In this document: piece after piece, positions 1 through 12,315 of the stretch
Layout of the letters: each line of letters starts with the position of its first letter
Position numbering within the stretch: the stretch's first letter is position 1
Source of the DNA: Chiloscyllium plagiosum
Taxonomy: Eukaryota
Direction of reading: 5' to 3'
NCBI RefSeq assembly: GCF_004010195.1
Contig: NC_057755.1
Span: 1,043,306 to 1,107,305, forward strand
Length of the DNA stretch: 64,000 bases
Program-made: the position numbers and the translations under genes
Notes under the pieces: model-generated
Told to the model about the DNA's origin: nothing
The model's database searches: none
Seen by the model: the letters and a program-made list of their open reading frames with translations, nothing else

Positions 1-256
1 AATTGAATTGGTACTTCAGATCTGTGTTCACTGGGGAAGACACAAGAAATCTCCCTGAGGTAACAGCAGCTGAAGGACCTGAACTTAGGGGACTTTATAT
101 ATTCCAGGAATTGGTGTTGGAGAGACTGAATTGAATTGGTACTTCAGATCTGTGTTCACTGGGGAAGACACAAGAAATCTCCCTGAGGTAACAGCAGCTG
201 AAGGACCTGAACTTAGGGGACTTTATATATTCCAGGAATTGGTGTTGGAGAGACTG
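1..256. repeat. Perfect 128-bp tandem duplication inside a CR1 ORF2 (1-128 = 129-256)
   Basis: aattgaattggtacttcaga...ggagagactg occurs twice head-to-tail with no difference seen by eye. Confidence 0.95.
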
Positions 257-1837
257 TTAGGTCTGAAGGTTTCATAAGTCCCCGGGACCCGATGGTCTAC
301 ATCCCAGGGTACTGAAGGAGATGGCTCGAGAAATCGTAGATGCGTTGGTGATTATTTTCCAGAGTTCGATAGATTCGGGATCAGTTCCTGCGGATTGGAG
401 GGTAGCTAATGTTGTACCGCTTTTTAAGAAAGGTGGGAAAGAGAAAGCAGGAAATTATAGACCAGTTAGTTTGACCTCAGTGGTGGGAAAGATGCTGGAG
501 TCTATTCTAAAGGATGAAATTACGACACATCTGGATAGGTCAGAGTCAGCATGGAAGAATGAAGGGGAAATCATGCTTGACTAATCTTCTGGATTTTTTT
601 GAGGATGTAACTCTGAAGATGGATGAAGGAGATCCAGTTGATGTAGTGTACCTTGACTTTCAGAAAGCTTTTGATAAAGTCCCAAATCGGGGGTAAGTGA
701 CCAAAATTAGGGCGCATGATATTGGGGGCAAGGTACTAACTTGGATTGAAAGTTAGGTGGCTGACAGGAAGCAAAGTTTAGTGATAAACGGCTCTATTTC
801 GGAATGGCAGGCAGTAACCAGTGGGGTACCGCATGGATCAGTGCTGGGATCGCAGCTTTTTACAATATATATTAATGATATAGAAGATGGTATTAGTAAT
901 AACATTAGCAAATTAGCTGATGATACTAAGCTGGGTGGCAGGGTGAAATGTGAGGAGAATGTTAGGAGATTACAGGGTGACCTGGACAGGTTAGGAGAGT
1001 GGCCAGATGCATGGCAGATGCAGTTTAGTGTGGATAAATGTATGGTTATCCACGCTGGTGGCAAGAACAGGAAGGCAGATGACTGACTAAATAGAATCAA
1101 TTTAGGTAAAGGGGTAGTACAAAGAGATCGGGGTGTTCTTGTACACCAATCCATCAATGTAAGCATACAGGTACAGCAGGTAGAGAAGAAGGCTAATAGC
1201 ATGCTGGCCTTCATAACAAGAGGGATTGAGTATAGGAGCAAAGAGGTTCTTCTGCAGCTGTACAGGCTCCTGGGTGAGACCACACCTGGAGTATTGTGTG
1301 CAGTTCCGGTCTCCAAATTTGAGGAAAGACATTCTGGCTATTGAGGGAGTGTAGCGCATGTTCACGAGGTCAATTCCTGGAATGGCGAGACTACCTTATG
1401 CTGAAAGACTGGAGCAATTGGGCTTGTATATCTTGATTTTAGAAGACTGAGAGGGGATCTGATTGAGACATATAAGATTATTAAAGGATTGGACACTCTG
1501 GAGGCAGGAAACATGTTTCCACTGATGGGTGAGTGTCGAACCAGAGAACACAGCTTACAAATACGGGGTAGACCATTTAGGAGAGAGATGAAGAGAAGCT
1601 TCTTCACAGAGTGGTGGTTGTGTGGAACGCACTGCACCAGAAGTCATTGGAGGCCCAGTCTCTGGATTCATTTAAGAAAGATTTGGAAAGAGCTCTCAAG
1701 GATAGTGGAATCAAGGGTTACGGAGATAAGGCAGGAACAGGATACTGATAAAGGATGATCCTCCATGATCATATTGAATGGTGGTGCAGGCTCGAAGGGC
1801 AGAATGGCCTACTCCTGCACCTATTGTCTATTGTCTA
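1..1837 (+). mobile_element. CR1-clade LINE, ORF2 RT region and 3' end, relatively young but frameshifted
   Basis: ORFs 321-584, 514-696, 757-1086 and 1489-1758 give DWRVANVVPLFKKG, NYRPVSLTS, YLDFQKAFDKV, GVPHGSVLG and LADDTK; ends in a ctattgtctattgtcta tail; sits inside the older CR1 that resumes at 1838. Confidence 0.95.
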
Positions 1838-4680
1838 AAAAGGGTAAGATTCTGAAGGGAGAATATAGGAAGTTAGGCAGGATATTAAAAGGAGGACCTT
1901 GAGGGTCGTCGTATCTGGATTATCCTTGTTGACAAGAACTAGTGAGTCTAGGAAGAGGAGGATAGAGCAGATGAATGCGCGGCTGAATAGTTGGTGCAGG
2001 GTAGATGGGTTCACATTTTTGGATCATTGGAATATTTCTTGGGGGAGAATCTGAATAACGAGGACAGGTTCCACCTAAATTGGAAGAAAACGTATTTACT
2101 TGCAGGAAAATTTGGTCAAGATGCTCAGAAATACTGAAACTAGTAAGGTTGGAGTGTGGGTGCAGGGATGATGGGGAGTGTGGGTGCTGGTGTGGTGTGG
2201 CCAGGGAAATGGTGAGGAAAGAAATCAGTCTGAGACTGATACAGTTGTGAAAAGGAGTACGTGCAATCGCCAGGGCAAGCAGTTTCAAAGCAGAGAATGA
2301 GACAGAACTGACAAACTAAATTATATTTATTCTGCCACAAGATGCCTAACAGGGAAGGCAGGTGATCTGAGGTCATCGTTAGGAACATGGGATTGTGATA
2401 TCATTCGTAATAACAAATATGTGGTTCAGTGATAGACAAGACTGGCAGCTTAAAGTTGCAGGACAGAAATGCTGTAGGAAAGAAATGCAGATGACAAGGG
2501 AAGAGGGGAGTTGCTTTTTGACAAGGGTTAATATGACGGCTGAACGTAGGGATGATATTACCCGGAAAACATCCAGGGAGGTTATTTGGTGGAATTGAGA
2601 ATTATGAACGGGCGGATTTCTTTGTTGGGATTGCACTGGAGAGACCCACTAGTCAGTGGGAAATTGAGAAAAAGATTTGCAAGGGGATCTCAGTTATTTG
2701 TCAGAATGATAGTGTGATGATTGTAGGGGATTGTTAAATTTCCTAACATTGACTGGGTCTGCAACGTTATTAAGTGTAGGGATGAAAGTAATGAAAGGGT
2801 ACCTGAAGAGAGAAGTAGACCCCTCAAAGATCAGCAAGGCAGCCTGTGTGTTAAAGTGCTGAAGATGGCGGAGATAATAAACGAGTATTGTTTATCATTG
2901 TTCACTGTGGAGAAAGAACTGGTATATATACAATGTGAGGAAATAAAAGGTGCCATTTTGAAAAATGTCCATATTACAGAGCAAAATGTGCTCGCTGTCA
3001 AATAATGCATCAAGTTTGATAAATCTCAAGGATCTTATCTGTGGGAAGCTAGGGATATGATTTCTGGACCCTTGTTGAGATACTTGTATCACTAACCATC
3101 GCAGGTGAGGTGTCAGAAGACTGAAGGTTGTCACATGTGTGCCGCTATTTAAGAAAGGTGGTGAGGAAACTCTCCGAACTATAGACAGGTGAGTCTGACA
3201 TTGGTGGTGGGCGAGGTGATGGAGGGAGGTCCTGATCGACAGGATTTACATGTACCCTGTGTTTGGATAGGCAAGGACTAATTAGTGATTGTCAACATAG
3301 CTTTGCATGTGCGAAATCATGTCTCAGGAACTAGATTGGGCTACTTAAAGAAGTAACGAAGAGGTTTGATGAGGGCAGAGTGTTGGATGTGATCCAAGTG
3401 GTCTTCAGCAAGGAGTTTGACAAGATTCCTCATAATAGACTGTCAGCAAGGTTATACCAAATGCAATAGAGGGAGAAGTAGCTATTTGGACGCAGAACTC
3501 GCTCGAAAGTAGAAGATAGAGCATGGTTAGAGTGGGTTGCTTTTCAGACTGGAGGCCTGTGAGCAGTATTGTCTCACAAGGATGGGCACTTAATCGCTGC
3601 TTTGTGTCGTTTATGTAAATGATTTCGATGTGAAAATGGGAAGTATGGTTACTAAGTTTGCAAATGTCACGAAAATTGGAAGTGTAGTAGTCATGATTTG
3701 GAGATGCCGGTGTTGGACTGGGGTGTACAAAGTTAAAAATCACACAACACCAGGTTATAGTCCTACATGTTTAATTGGAAGCACACTAACTTTCGGAGAG
3801 ACGCTCCTTCAGTAGATAGCGAAGAAAGTTACCTCAGTGTACAACTGGATATTGATCAGATCGGCCAATGAGCCGAGCAGTTGCAGATGGAATTTATAAA
3901 TGGCTGATGCTGCATTTTCGAACTGCAAATCAGGGGAGGACCTTTTAACTTAACGGCAAGATCCTGTGGAGTGTTACTGAACAAAGAGACTTTGGATTGC
4001 AGTTTCATAGTTCCTTGAAAGTGGAGTCTTCGGTAGATAGGATAGTGAAGAAGGTATTTGCTATGTGCTCTATTATTGTTCAGAGCCTTGATTATAGGAA
4101 TTGTGAGGTCATGTTGTGGGCAGACAGGACATTGGACAGTCCACTTTTGGAAAAAGTGCGTGCAATTCTGGTCGCCCTCCTGTCAGACGGATGCTGTGAA
4201 TCATGAATGGGTTCATAAGAAATATAGAAGGTTGTTGCCAGGTTCGGAGGGTTTGAGTGACAGGGAAAGGCTGAATAGTCTGGGTATGTTTTTAATGGAG
4301 CATTGGAGGCTGAGGGGTGATATTATACAAGTTTGTAAAATCATGAGGAGTATGGAAAGAATAAATAGACAAACACATTTCCCTATGAGTTTGGTGAGTC
4401 CAGAGATAGAGAGCATAGGTTCTGGGTCACAGAATGTAAAAGGTACCGAATGGAAAATCTTTCTCATGCAAAGAGTGGTGCATGTATAGAATGAACTGCC
4501 AGAGGAAGTGGTGGTGACTGGTACAATTGCAACATTTCAAAGTTAACAGAATGGGTTAATTATTGGAAAGGATTAAAGGGATATGTGAGCAAATGGGATG
4601 ATATTATTACAGAATATCTGGTCAACCATGACGATTTGGACCAATGGGTCTCTTTCCTTGATCTACATTTCTTTGACACG
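1838..4680 (+). mobile_element. Old degenerate CR1 LINE (end of ORF1 plus ORF2 with deletions), intronic in GPCR unit A
   Basis: Colinear with 15365-18060 and 49880-53315; decayed RT and C-terminal peptides (CVQFWSP, RLRGDII); CR1-like 3' end near 4640-4680. Confidence 0.88.
3691..3810 (-). mobile_element. 120-bp Penelope-like terminal-repeat fragment (second family) with a truncated hammerhead core
   Basis: Absent from paralogous CR1 copies (about 17195 and 52440); flanked by AGTAG (3686-3690 and 3811-3815); minus strand reads GA-AGGAGCGTCTCTCC-GAAA-GTTA with the 5' part of CUGANGA lost. Confidence 0.6.
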
Positions 4681-4934
4681 ATCTCCGCCCAGCATGCTAA
4701 CAGCAGTCAAACAAATATTTCATCGTAGATGAATACCAACACTATAAATCTCAATTCCATTTTGGAAATCAATCCCCGTCGTTTGTTTTCAATGACAGGG
4801 ACTTGTGCGAGGAGAATACCGAGTTGATGTTTTGAATTCCTTGAGAAATGTTCAGAGGAAGGTGTTCTGATGAAGAATAATTGCATTAACTCTAATTCTC
4901 TCTCCACTGATGCTGCCACACCTGTTGAGTTTCA

Positions 4935-5386
4935 AGTCAAATTATTCTACTAATCCCAGGTGGTTGGGTTTTAAGTGGTTTGATATAATTTTAACCCCTT
5001 TCATCCCATTCGTGTTAATTCCATTAATGAACATTCTGATGGTCAGGTACATTTTAACGGCCAGTCGAGGCCACAAGAGCCTGAGGAGTCAAAGAAAGGG
5101 AGAGAGTCAAAAATACACAGATATGTAGAGCCGGAAAAAGTCGGTAATTTCCCGCCTCGCCATATCCATCAGCCTCATATTTCTGTGGGTAGTGTACGGT
5201 GCCAACATCCTCTACTTTAGCATTAAAGAAGCACATCATTGGTGGAACTGGCATCTGATCAATTTCACCTGGTCCGGAGAATTGCTGAAGGATTTAAGCT
5301 GCAGCATGAGCACATTATTTTGGGCAGCGACTCTGCCCAAGTTCAGAGCGAAGTTCAAGAATGCGGTGCAGCAATTGGTCACATAA
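4935..5386 (+). pseudogene. GPR139-like GPCR pseudogene copy A (ECL2 to C-terminus only)
   Basis: Colinear with 19185-19636; about 870 bp (acceptor through ECL2) deleted at 4934/4935; in-frame TAG at 5126-5128 where copy B has GAG. Confidence 0.92.
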
Positions 5387-5781
5387 ATAATTCACTTAGG
5401 ATGGAAAGATGATAGAAAGAGGCTGGAGGAATAATTTTAAATGATTGACTGGCTGTGAGTGATGTGTTCAACTCGAACATTGGGTCTTCACAGATTGCCC
5501 TTTGGATAAGTGTTAAAAGCCAGCAGGATGTGTCTCTGCGTTTTCCCTGCAGGGGAGGAGGGGGAAGGAAAGAAACAGCCGTTCCTGCACCATGATGATT
5601 GTCAGACTCTCTCCGTTCGGTTCGCAATAAACACTTTATTACAGTAAGGAAAGGCTCCAGGTGCTGTTGATCCATCATCACATCTTCCGCTGTCAGTCTG
5701 TCTGTACTTGTGAGCGTGCGTCTGTGTGTGTGAAAGCGCGCATGCATGTGTGTGTAGATTTGTTCATGTCTCTCAGTATGA

Positions 5782-6100
5782 GAGTGGGCGGCACGGTGGC
5801 ACAGTGGTTAGCACTGCTGCCTCGCAGCGCCAGAGACCCGGGTTCAATTCCCGACTCAGGCGACTGACTGTGTGGAGTTTGCACGTTCTCCCCGTGTCTG
5901 CGTGGGTTTCCTCCGGGGGCTCCGGTTTCCTCCCACAGTCCAAAGATGTGCAAGTCAGGTGAATTGGCCATGCTAAATAGCCGGTAGTGTTAGGTAAAGG
6001 GGTAAATGTAGGGGTATGGGTGGGTTACGCTTCGGCGGGTCGGTGTGGACTTGTTGGGCCGAAGGGCCTGTTTCCACACTGTAAGTAATCTAATCTAATC
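5782..6100 (+). mobile_element. HE1-type tRNA-derived V-SINE, full length
   Basis: A box TGGCACAGTGG at 5797-5807 and B box GGTTCAATTCC at 5841-5851; V-domain (gtggagtttgcacgttctcccc...ggtttcctcccaca); CR1-like 3' end; (TAATC)n tail; TSD TATGA at 5777-5781 and 6101-6105; site empty in paralogs near 20970 and 56365. Confidence 0.93.
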
Positions 6101-6105
6101 TATGA

Positions 6106-6500
6106 CTGTATTCTTGTGTCTGTGGATGTGTGTGCAATCTGTCCGTGCATCGGCGTGCTCCTTTGTGTCACATTATGTCTGTTTTTCTGGCTCTCTGAGA
6201 GCACGTGTACATGTGTGAGGGGTGTACCCCCTTCTGTATTCCTGCGTGTGTTGCGAGGGTGTGGTAATGTTATTGTGTCTTTGTATAGGTGTGTTATGAC
6301 ATTTCAATTTGACTGTCTTATTGTGCGAATGTGCACTTGCGTGAGTTGCATGTGTGTGAGTGTGTTTTTGTTTATCAGTATGTTCCTATATCTCACTTTG
6401 ACTGTATTTCTGTGTGTGAGTGTGTTTTTGTGTGCATGTGTGTGTGTGATGGTGTGGGCGTGCTTTTGTGTCCCTTTGGGTGTGTTTTTGCCTCTGTCTG
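6106..6500. repeat. GT-rich low-complexity tract downstream of GPCR copy A
   Basis: Degenerate (GT)n, paralogous to 20975-21345 and 56370-56760. Confidence 0.85.
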
Positions 6501-9264
6501 ATCATAAGACTCCGTCTCCTGAAAAATGACAAGTGAACTCTACAGCAGGTCATGATGCACAGAGTTCTGTCAATGGCATATTTCTGGCAACCTGGGAAAT
6601 ATCTGAATATCAATATCAGTACCTCCTGCACTCTAAGAGCTGAACTGTTACTTCAGTTCAAGGACCTAAGTTTAATGAACGAATCAAGACAGAGTAATAT
6701 TCAGTGAAAGGCAGGATGCCAATTCTTTTGTCCAGATTGAACCAAGGATGCAATTTATAAATATTGTTTTCTTGTTGAAGGTGTTTGCGTCCCTCTATAA
6801 ATAAAGTTACATATTGGATCATGAGGCTATACATTGCAGGAGCGGATTAGTCCATTCAGCCCGTCGACTGTGCTCTGCCATTTGATCATGGAGGATCTGT
6901 TTTTCAATTCTACTCTTCTGCCTTCTGCCCATAACTTTTTATTCTCTTCACAATCAGGAACCCATATATCAGTATTGTTAATACATTTGTTAAGGAGCAG
7001 ATTAGACCCTCTCAAAACATGTCAGGATGGTAGCCCAGACCCTAACTCTTCTACTTGCTTTGAGCAGGTGTGGAATGGATATTCCTGGAGTGATGGAGCT
7101 GATTAGGATTCCTCGGTTTTAAATAAAACAGGATATATTTACAGTTTACCGAGTAGAACACAAACAATGGAGAACATAACACAGAATGCATTAACCTAAC
7201 TGAAAACCAACAGATGATGCCAAATTAATGAAATCTCCAAATTCCTGCAACAATCCTGCTCAGCACCACATGTCAAAACAGGTAAAATTAAACACCGGAT
7301 CTTACATGGGAGATGTCAGGGAGAGGTTCAGCATCAAACAATTTCTTCCCTGTCGCTGTTCCTTTTACCATCAATCTAAAAAACTGACTGCTTGCTAACA
7401 CGCAAACCAAACTAAACCATATCAGAGAAAAGCTGAGCTGGGAGAATTCGCCACTCCACTTCCATTGCCTTTTTTGGCTGTAAGAAGCATTTTGCTGAGG
7501 CAGTCTCTGTTAGGTATCATGAAATTCGCCCGACAACACGACCAAACTTGAAACCCCAGAACCGTTGCATTTGCAAACAATGTAAGAAAAAAAAGGTATC
7601 ACAACCTTGGTAGAGGAACAGCACCATCACATATTCAATATCCCGATCTCCACAGCCATCTGCGGCAATGATTTCCATCAATCAACCACGCTGTGGCTGA
7701 CTAAATTCATTCTCAACTCAGTTCTAAAGGTGGTCGCTTCACACTGAGGCCGTGGCTTCCGGTCCTAGTTTCTCCTACATGTCAATAGAGATGTTCACGC
7801 TTTTTCATAAATATTTTTGTGTCTTGGAACCTTTACAGGTGATATACAAGCATTGCCATGCATTGCAGCTGTACACGTTAATAGATGAAATATCGTTCTT
7901 TGGAAGTGTTTATGAGTGCATAAATATTGTCATGTATTGGAACTGTTCCTGTTTATGTATACTGCGCTGTAATGGAACTGTTCATGTTTGTAAATAAATA
8001 TTGTTCTGTATTGGAGCTGTTCCTGTTTATCGATAAACATCAGTGTGTGTTGAAGCTGTGCCTGTCTCCTAATCGTCAGCAACACTGTGTCTGACGATAT
8101 GGTGTGAATGCTGAGCTCCACCTGTGCTTTGGGATGGATCTGCCGTCCCAGTGTCTCCAGGAGGGGTAGCTGCACACAGCAGCATCTGGCACATATTAGC
8201 GGTTTTCAGCAATAAATAGGCAGGGTCATCTGATTTCAAATTATATATTCGGGGAATAATGACTGAAGAGCACCGGGGAACAGTGAGAGTTAAAAAGAGA
8301 CAGAGTAGGCGTTAAAGATTGTAATAGACAGACAATTCACGAGCGAATAATTTGGAAAGTATTAAACTAACAGTATTAAGGAGAAGATTAAATAGAAAGT
8401 AATAGGACATGGATTTTTAAAATTGAACAAGGATAGGATTAAATACAGAAGAAGAGCATATAATTTAAAATAAAGTAATGGAGAGAGGGGTAAATGGAGA
8501 GGTATGGAAAGAAGATGGAGTAGAGTGGAGCAGGCAAAGGGTAAAAGAAAGGGGAAAGGGAGAGGATTGAATTCAAAGTAATAGGAGGAGAGATATACAC
8601 AGATATATACAGTAGAATGAAGTATGTTGATTTCGCGGGGTGCAGGTGAGAGGGTTAATGCAGGAAACGCTGTAGTGATTATAATAAGATCAGTCAGGTG
8701 GATCTCAAGGGCCCCCTTACACCCCACCCGGTCCCCACAAAAGCCCTTTGTTCTTCAGCTTTCTGCAGTTGTTTTACATTGAAAAAAGTAGTCAGTTCTT
8801 GTCCTCTGCTGCACTGCTTCGATGCCAAGTGTACTCTTCCTCAGATGAAGAGACCCAAACTGGGCTACTCCATCAGGAGTGGGTATGTCCAGTCTCCATG
8901 GAATTGCAGACCTGTACCATTCCCTCCTGAGCTCAAGTCCATTATCTCCAAAGTAGCATTTGCCTTTCTCATAGCCTGCTGCACCTACACGTTGGCTTCC
9001 AATGACTCAGGAACAAGGACAGAAAGCGATCCCTTTTGGTGTTCAAAACATCTCAATCCCTATAATTTATCAAAAATTCTTTCAGATTATTTCTCCTCTA
9101 ACAAAATCGCTAACATCACATTTATTTATGTTTCATCTGTCATGTTATTTCTCAGACACTCCATACTCTCCACACTCAGAAAACAACTATGCACACCACA
9201 ATGCAATCATCGATCTCTGCAATATTACATCTGCAGTGATCTACAGTAAGCAGGTTAGCAGATT

Positions 9265-9428
9265 GAATCTGACCCAATCATGGAGCATTGTTTGAAATAT
9301 AAAGACGAATTTCCGGAATATTGAGATGCTGAATACCTGAATCAATGAGAGACTGCTGTCAAAGGCAATGAATTTGTAAATAAAGGGTGATTCATGACAG
9401 GATTCCGGCATCTGAAGAGTGATTTCGC
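9265..9428 (+). mobile_element. Probable degenerate solo LTR, 3' part, upstream of the GPCR promoter
   Basis: CCAAT at 9274-9278, TATAAA at 9298-9303 and AATAAA at 9379-9384 in LTR order; more complete homologs at 24480-24700 and 62066-62280; paralog at 43495-43658. Confidence 0.5.
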
Positions 9429-10564
9429 AACCAGACATTGTTGGTGTAAACGTGCATCAGGACCACGGGCTCTTCACTTCCAGACTTTCCTATTCAAGCT
9501 CCTGTCGAAATCCAGAAAATCCCAGATCCCAAGTTACACTGAAATTATTCTGTGACATTCTCATCGCTTGTCATTGTTGAGAAAATATACAATCCTGGAT
9601 TCTAAACTGAAACGAATGAACGCTGCCTCCCATTTCTCTACATTATATTGCTCAGACTATTTTCTGCTCACTCACTCACTGCAAATGTCTTTCCCCTGTT
9701 CAGCGTTCCTACCTACTACTTTCCTTTTACAGACCCAAATAACACTGTACTATCAACAAATTTCACACATGATCCCATCCTGTCAGTCATTAATAGTGAT
9801 TATAAATGGCTGTAGCTGGACAAATTATCCTTGTGGCACTCACTAATACCAGAGCGACAACATGAAAATGACACATTTATTCCTGCTCTGTGGTTTCTGT
9901 CCATTATCAGCCCTCACACCAAGTCCCACTTCACTATCACTACAGGTCTCATGGTCAACAGTGATACCTACTCAAATATTGCCAGAATTTGACATTTCTG
10001 CATCTTTGTGTGTGCAAATCCCTCCCTGGCCTCACTCCGCCAACTCGCTTGAACCTTTTCCATTCCATGATCTGTACATGTGCAATACACTGTAGTGAAC
10101 AGAGAATACCACATCCCCATATACTGCTGCACAGATCGTGTGTGCCTCAGAGACAGCTCTGAAACATGTCGAGGGCACTATTATTCTGGTAGAAGGAACT
10201 GTATTGATTTAAACTTATGTAACATTTAAGGTGACATATTTTAGCTGTTTCAATTATTGCCTGAATTGGAGAAGTTATATTTTATTCAGCACCTATATCC
10301 GCGCAGAGTGAGGAATTCTATCACGATGTGGGATTTATTAAAAACTACAATGTGTCGTTGATATTAACCATCTATCATCCCGTCAGAGAACACCCGCTTA
10401 TAAGCAGGGAAGTCACATTCCAGAGTTGAGGAGAACATTTCTCACAGAGACATTCAACAACAGGAATTTAAATTCCAAATGATCAAAGTCAGGAGAAGGA
10501 CGATCCTGATTAAATTGAGATTTCAGTGTTGGTTAGATGGTGTTGGGATTTCAAAGCTGATACA

Positions 10565-10705
10565 CAGGGTAGCACAGTGGTTCAGTTATTAGCCCTGCTG
10601 CCTCACAGAGCGAGCGAGATGTTCTGGGTGGGATACACTTTGAGGTTCGGTGTGGACATGATGGGCCGAATGGCCTGATTCCACATTGTAAAGATTCTAT
10701 GATTT
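10565..10705 (+). mobile_element. Old internally deleted HE1-type SINE (head fused to tail)
   Basis: ggtagcacagtggttcagttattagccctgctgcctcacag head joined to a gggccgaatggcctgattccacattgta tail; paralogs at 44822-44960 and 63786-63927. Confidence 0.75.
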
Positions 10706-10889
10706 TATTCGAAATTCATTTTTCAAAGTTTGCTATTTACTGATTGAGATTTGTATCATCTAGTAAATGTCAGTTCCAATAATACCCGATGGCCACTGGG
10801 AGTTAAGTCCCTACCGTCACCTGATTGTTCAAATAATAATTGAATTCAACCACATTGTGATGTAACATCCCCCAGACATTGTCATCGGG

Positions 10890-10896
10890 TATAAAT
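10890..10896 (+). promoter_or_regulatory. Candidate TATA box of GPCR copy B
   Basis: TATAAAT about 75 nt upstream of the exon 1 ATG; conserved at 45152-45158 in copy D. Confidence 0.6.
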
Positions 10897-10970
10897 GAAA
10901 GGCTTTGAGATTGTATCTCCTCGGTATTGAGTACAGAGAGATCGCCTGCACAAAGAGATTCAGACAGAAA

Positions 10971-11037
10971 ATGCCGTTCTCATTTGGTCATTTACGGTCA
11001 ATATTTTACACGACCTTTCCGTTTGTAACAATTCCTA
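10971..11037 (+). CDS. GPR139-like GPCR copy B, coding exon 1 (MPFSFGHLRSIFYTTFPFVTIP plus 1 nt)
   Basis: ATG with A at -3; 67-nt open frame ending at a GTAAGT donor (11038); phase 1 matches the acceptor at 18761; supplies the missing first half of TM1; conserved at 45233-45299. Confidence 0.8.
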
Positions 11038-11334
11038 GTAAGTGCCTTGCAACATTGAATTTATGTGAAACTGGCTGAGGATTATCTGCGGGTTCACTCT
11101 GCCACTGACAAGTATAAATGTGCATGTTGTTCCCAAAAGTCACACAGTGGCAGAAGATCAGTAATTTAGTCTCAGATTACGGACACTCCTTAGAATCCCC
11201 AACATCGCAGATTCCGAAGGAACTGCCTGGGAAATTATTCATCTCTTCTGGGAACTGCCAGAATTCATTTCCACTTAAATCCGACACCACGGAGAATGTC
11301 GAAGAATGAAGAAAATGAATCATTTTGGAAATTA

Positions 11335-12315
11335 TATGCGGTAGTATTTTTATGTAGAAAGTACAAAATCTTTTAGTTTGTGTTTGCTTCTAATTCTTTT
11401 GAGTGAATAAGCAATCGGATTCTGTGACCATCTGAATTTAATGGTTACCTTGAAATTATTGGTTTTATTGAATTTAATGGTTACCTTGTAATCACAGAAA
11501 TTTGTTTTAAAAATCACGTTTGGGATTTGACTATAGGCTGAATGGGTTTGTGCACGAGTGAACCTTTGTTTACTTTTGATGCTTGCAATCGAACATAATA
11601 TTAATGGAGTCTGAAAGATATGGAGTTTGGGATTATAGAAGAAAGCCGTAACTGAGGAAGCATAACTTTCACTTCTTTCATTTCATCACTTTCTTTGATC
11701 CCTGTAAGAGCCTGAGTGGACGAAAAGATCAGCGCTCAGGTGAAGGAAAGGAAAGATTTGGTAAATTCCATTGCCTTGGATTGAAAATCTTGTGCTGGTC
11801 CCAGGCAGAAGTGCTATCACAAAAAAAAAGTTCTGAAGAGATTGTTTAAAGCTGATTACGTTGACATTCAGGTATGTCGGAGCTCCAGGTAGAAATTTAC
11901 TGCAGTTCCAGTTTAAAAATGGCAGTCACAAGTCATTTAACCAAATCACAGATACTGGGAGCCGGGTGTGAGTATTATGTGAGGGTTTTTTTTTGGAACG
12001 GCACTGGGAGTCGTGTTTTGTATGATATAAAGACGTTGTATCTTTTTATGCTTTGAGGTTAATGGGAATTATACATTTATTCTGTGTTCATTGCCTTTGA
12101 ATCTGCATTTTCAGTACGTAGTTTAGTTTATTCCATTTTGTCGTCATTTTGTTTGTAAGAAACTTCTGTTATGTTGTGGAGGCAATATTTGTAGCATTGT
12201 GTGTTTACGATTCAGCAAGAGATCACTTTGTAAAATTAATACAAATGAGGTTGAAATTCATTAAGCTGGGTTTCTATCGATGATCTGGCTTGTTCTTTAA
12301 TAGGTATCAGAATAT
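11335..12315. mobile_element. Possible old solo LTR or other ~1-kb interspersed repeat in intron 1
   Basis: Discrete AT-rich block, paralogous to about 45595-46597, which ends ...cagctggtatcagaaca like an LTR end; termini decayed. Confidence 0.35.

Noticed and set aside
753..1316. 187-aa and similar antisense ORFs (also 26290-26898 and 30359-30790)
   Set aside because: Shadow frames on the strand opposite CR1 ORF2; no independent gene signals
5790..5860. tRNA gene
   Set aside because: The A and B boxes belong to the SINE head, followed by a V-domain, LINE-like tail and TSD
8698..9295. 183-aa and 97-aa ORFs partly shared with 43193-43526
   Set aside because: No recognisable domain; the 5' part is decayed antisense CR1; sharing is explained by DNA-level near-identity
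11433..11488. 20-bp direct repeat TGAATTTAATGGTTACCTTG with a 16-bp spacer, superficially CRISPR-like
   Set aside because: Only two copies, eukaryotic context, single in the paralog; a local slippage duplication
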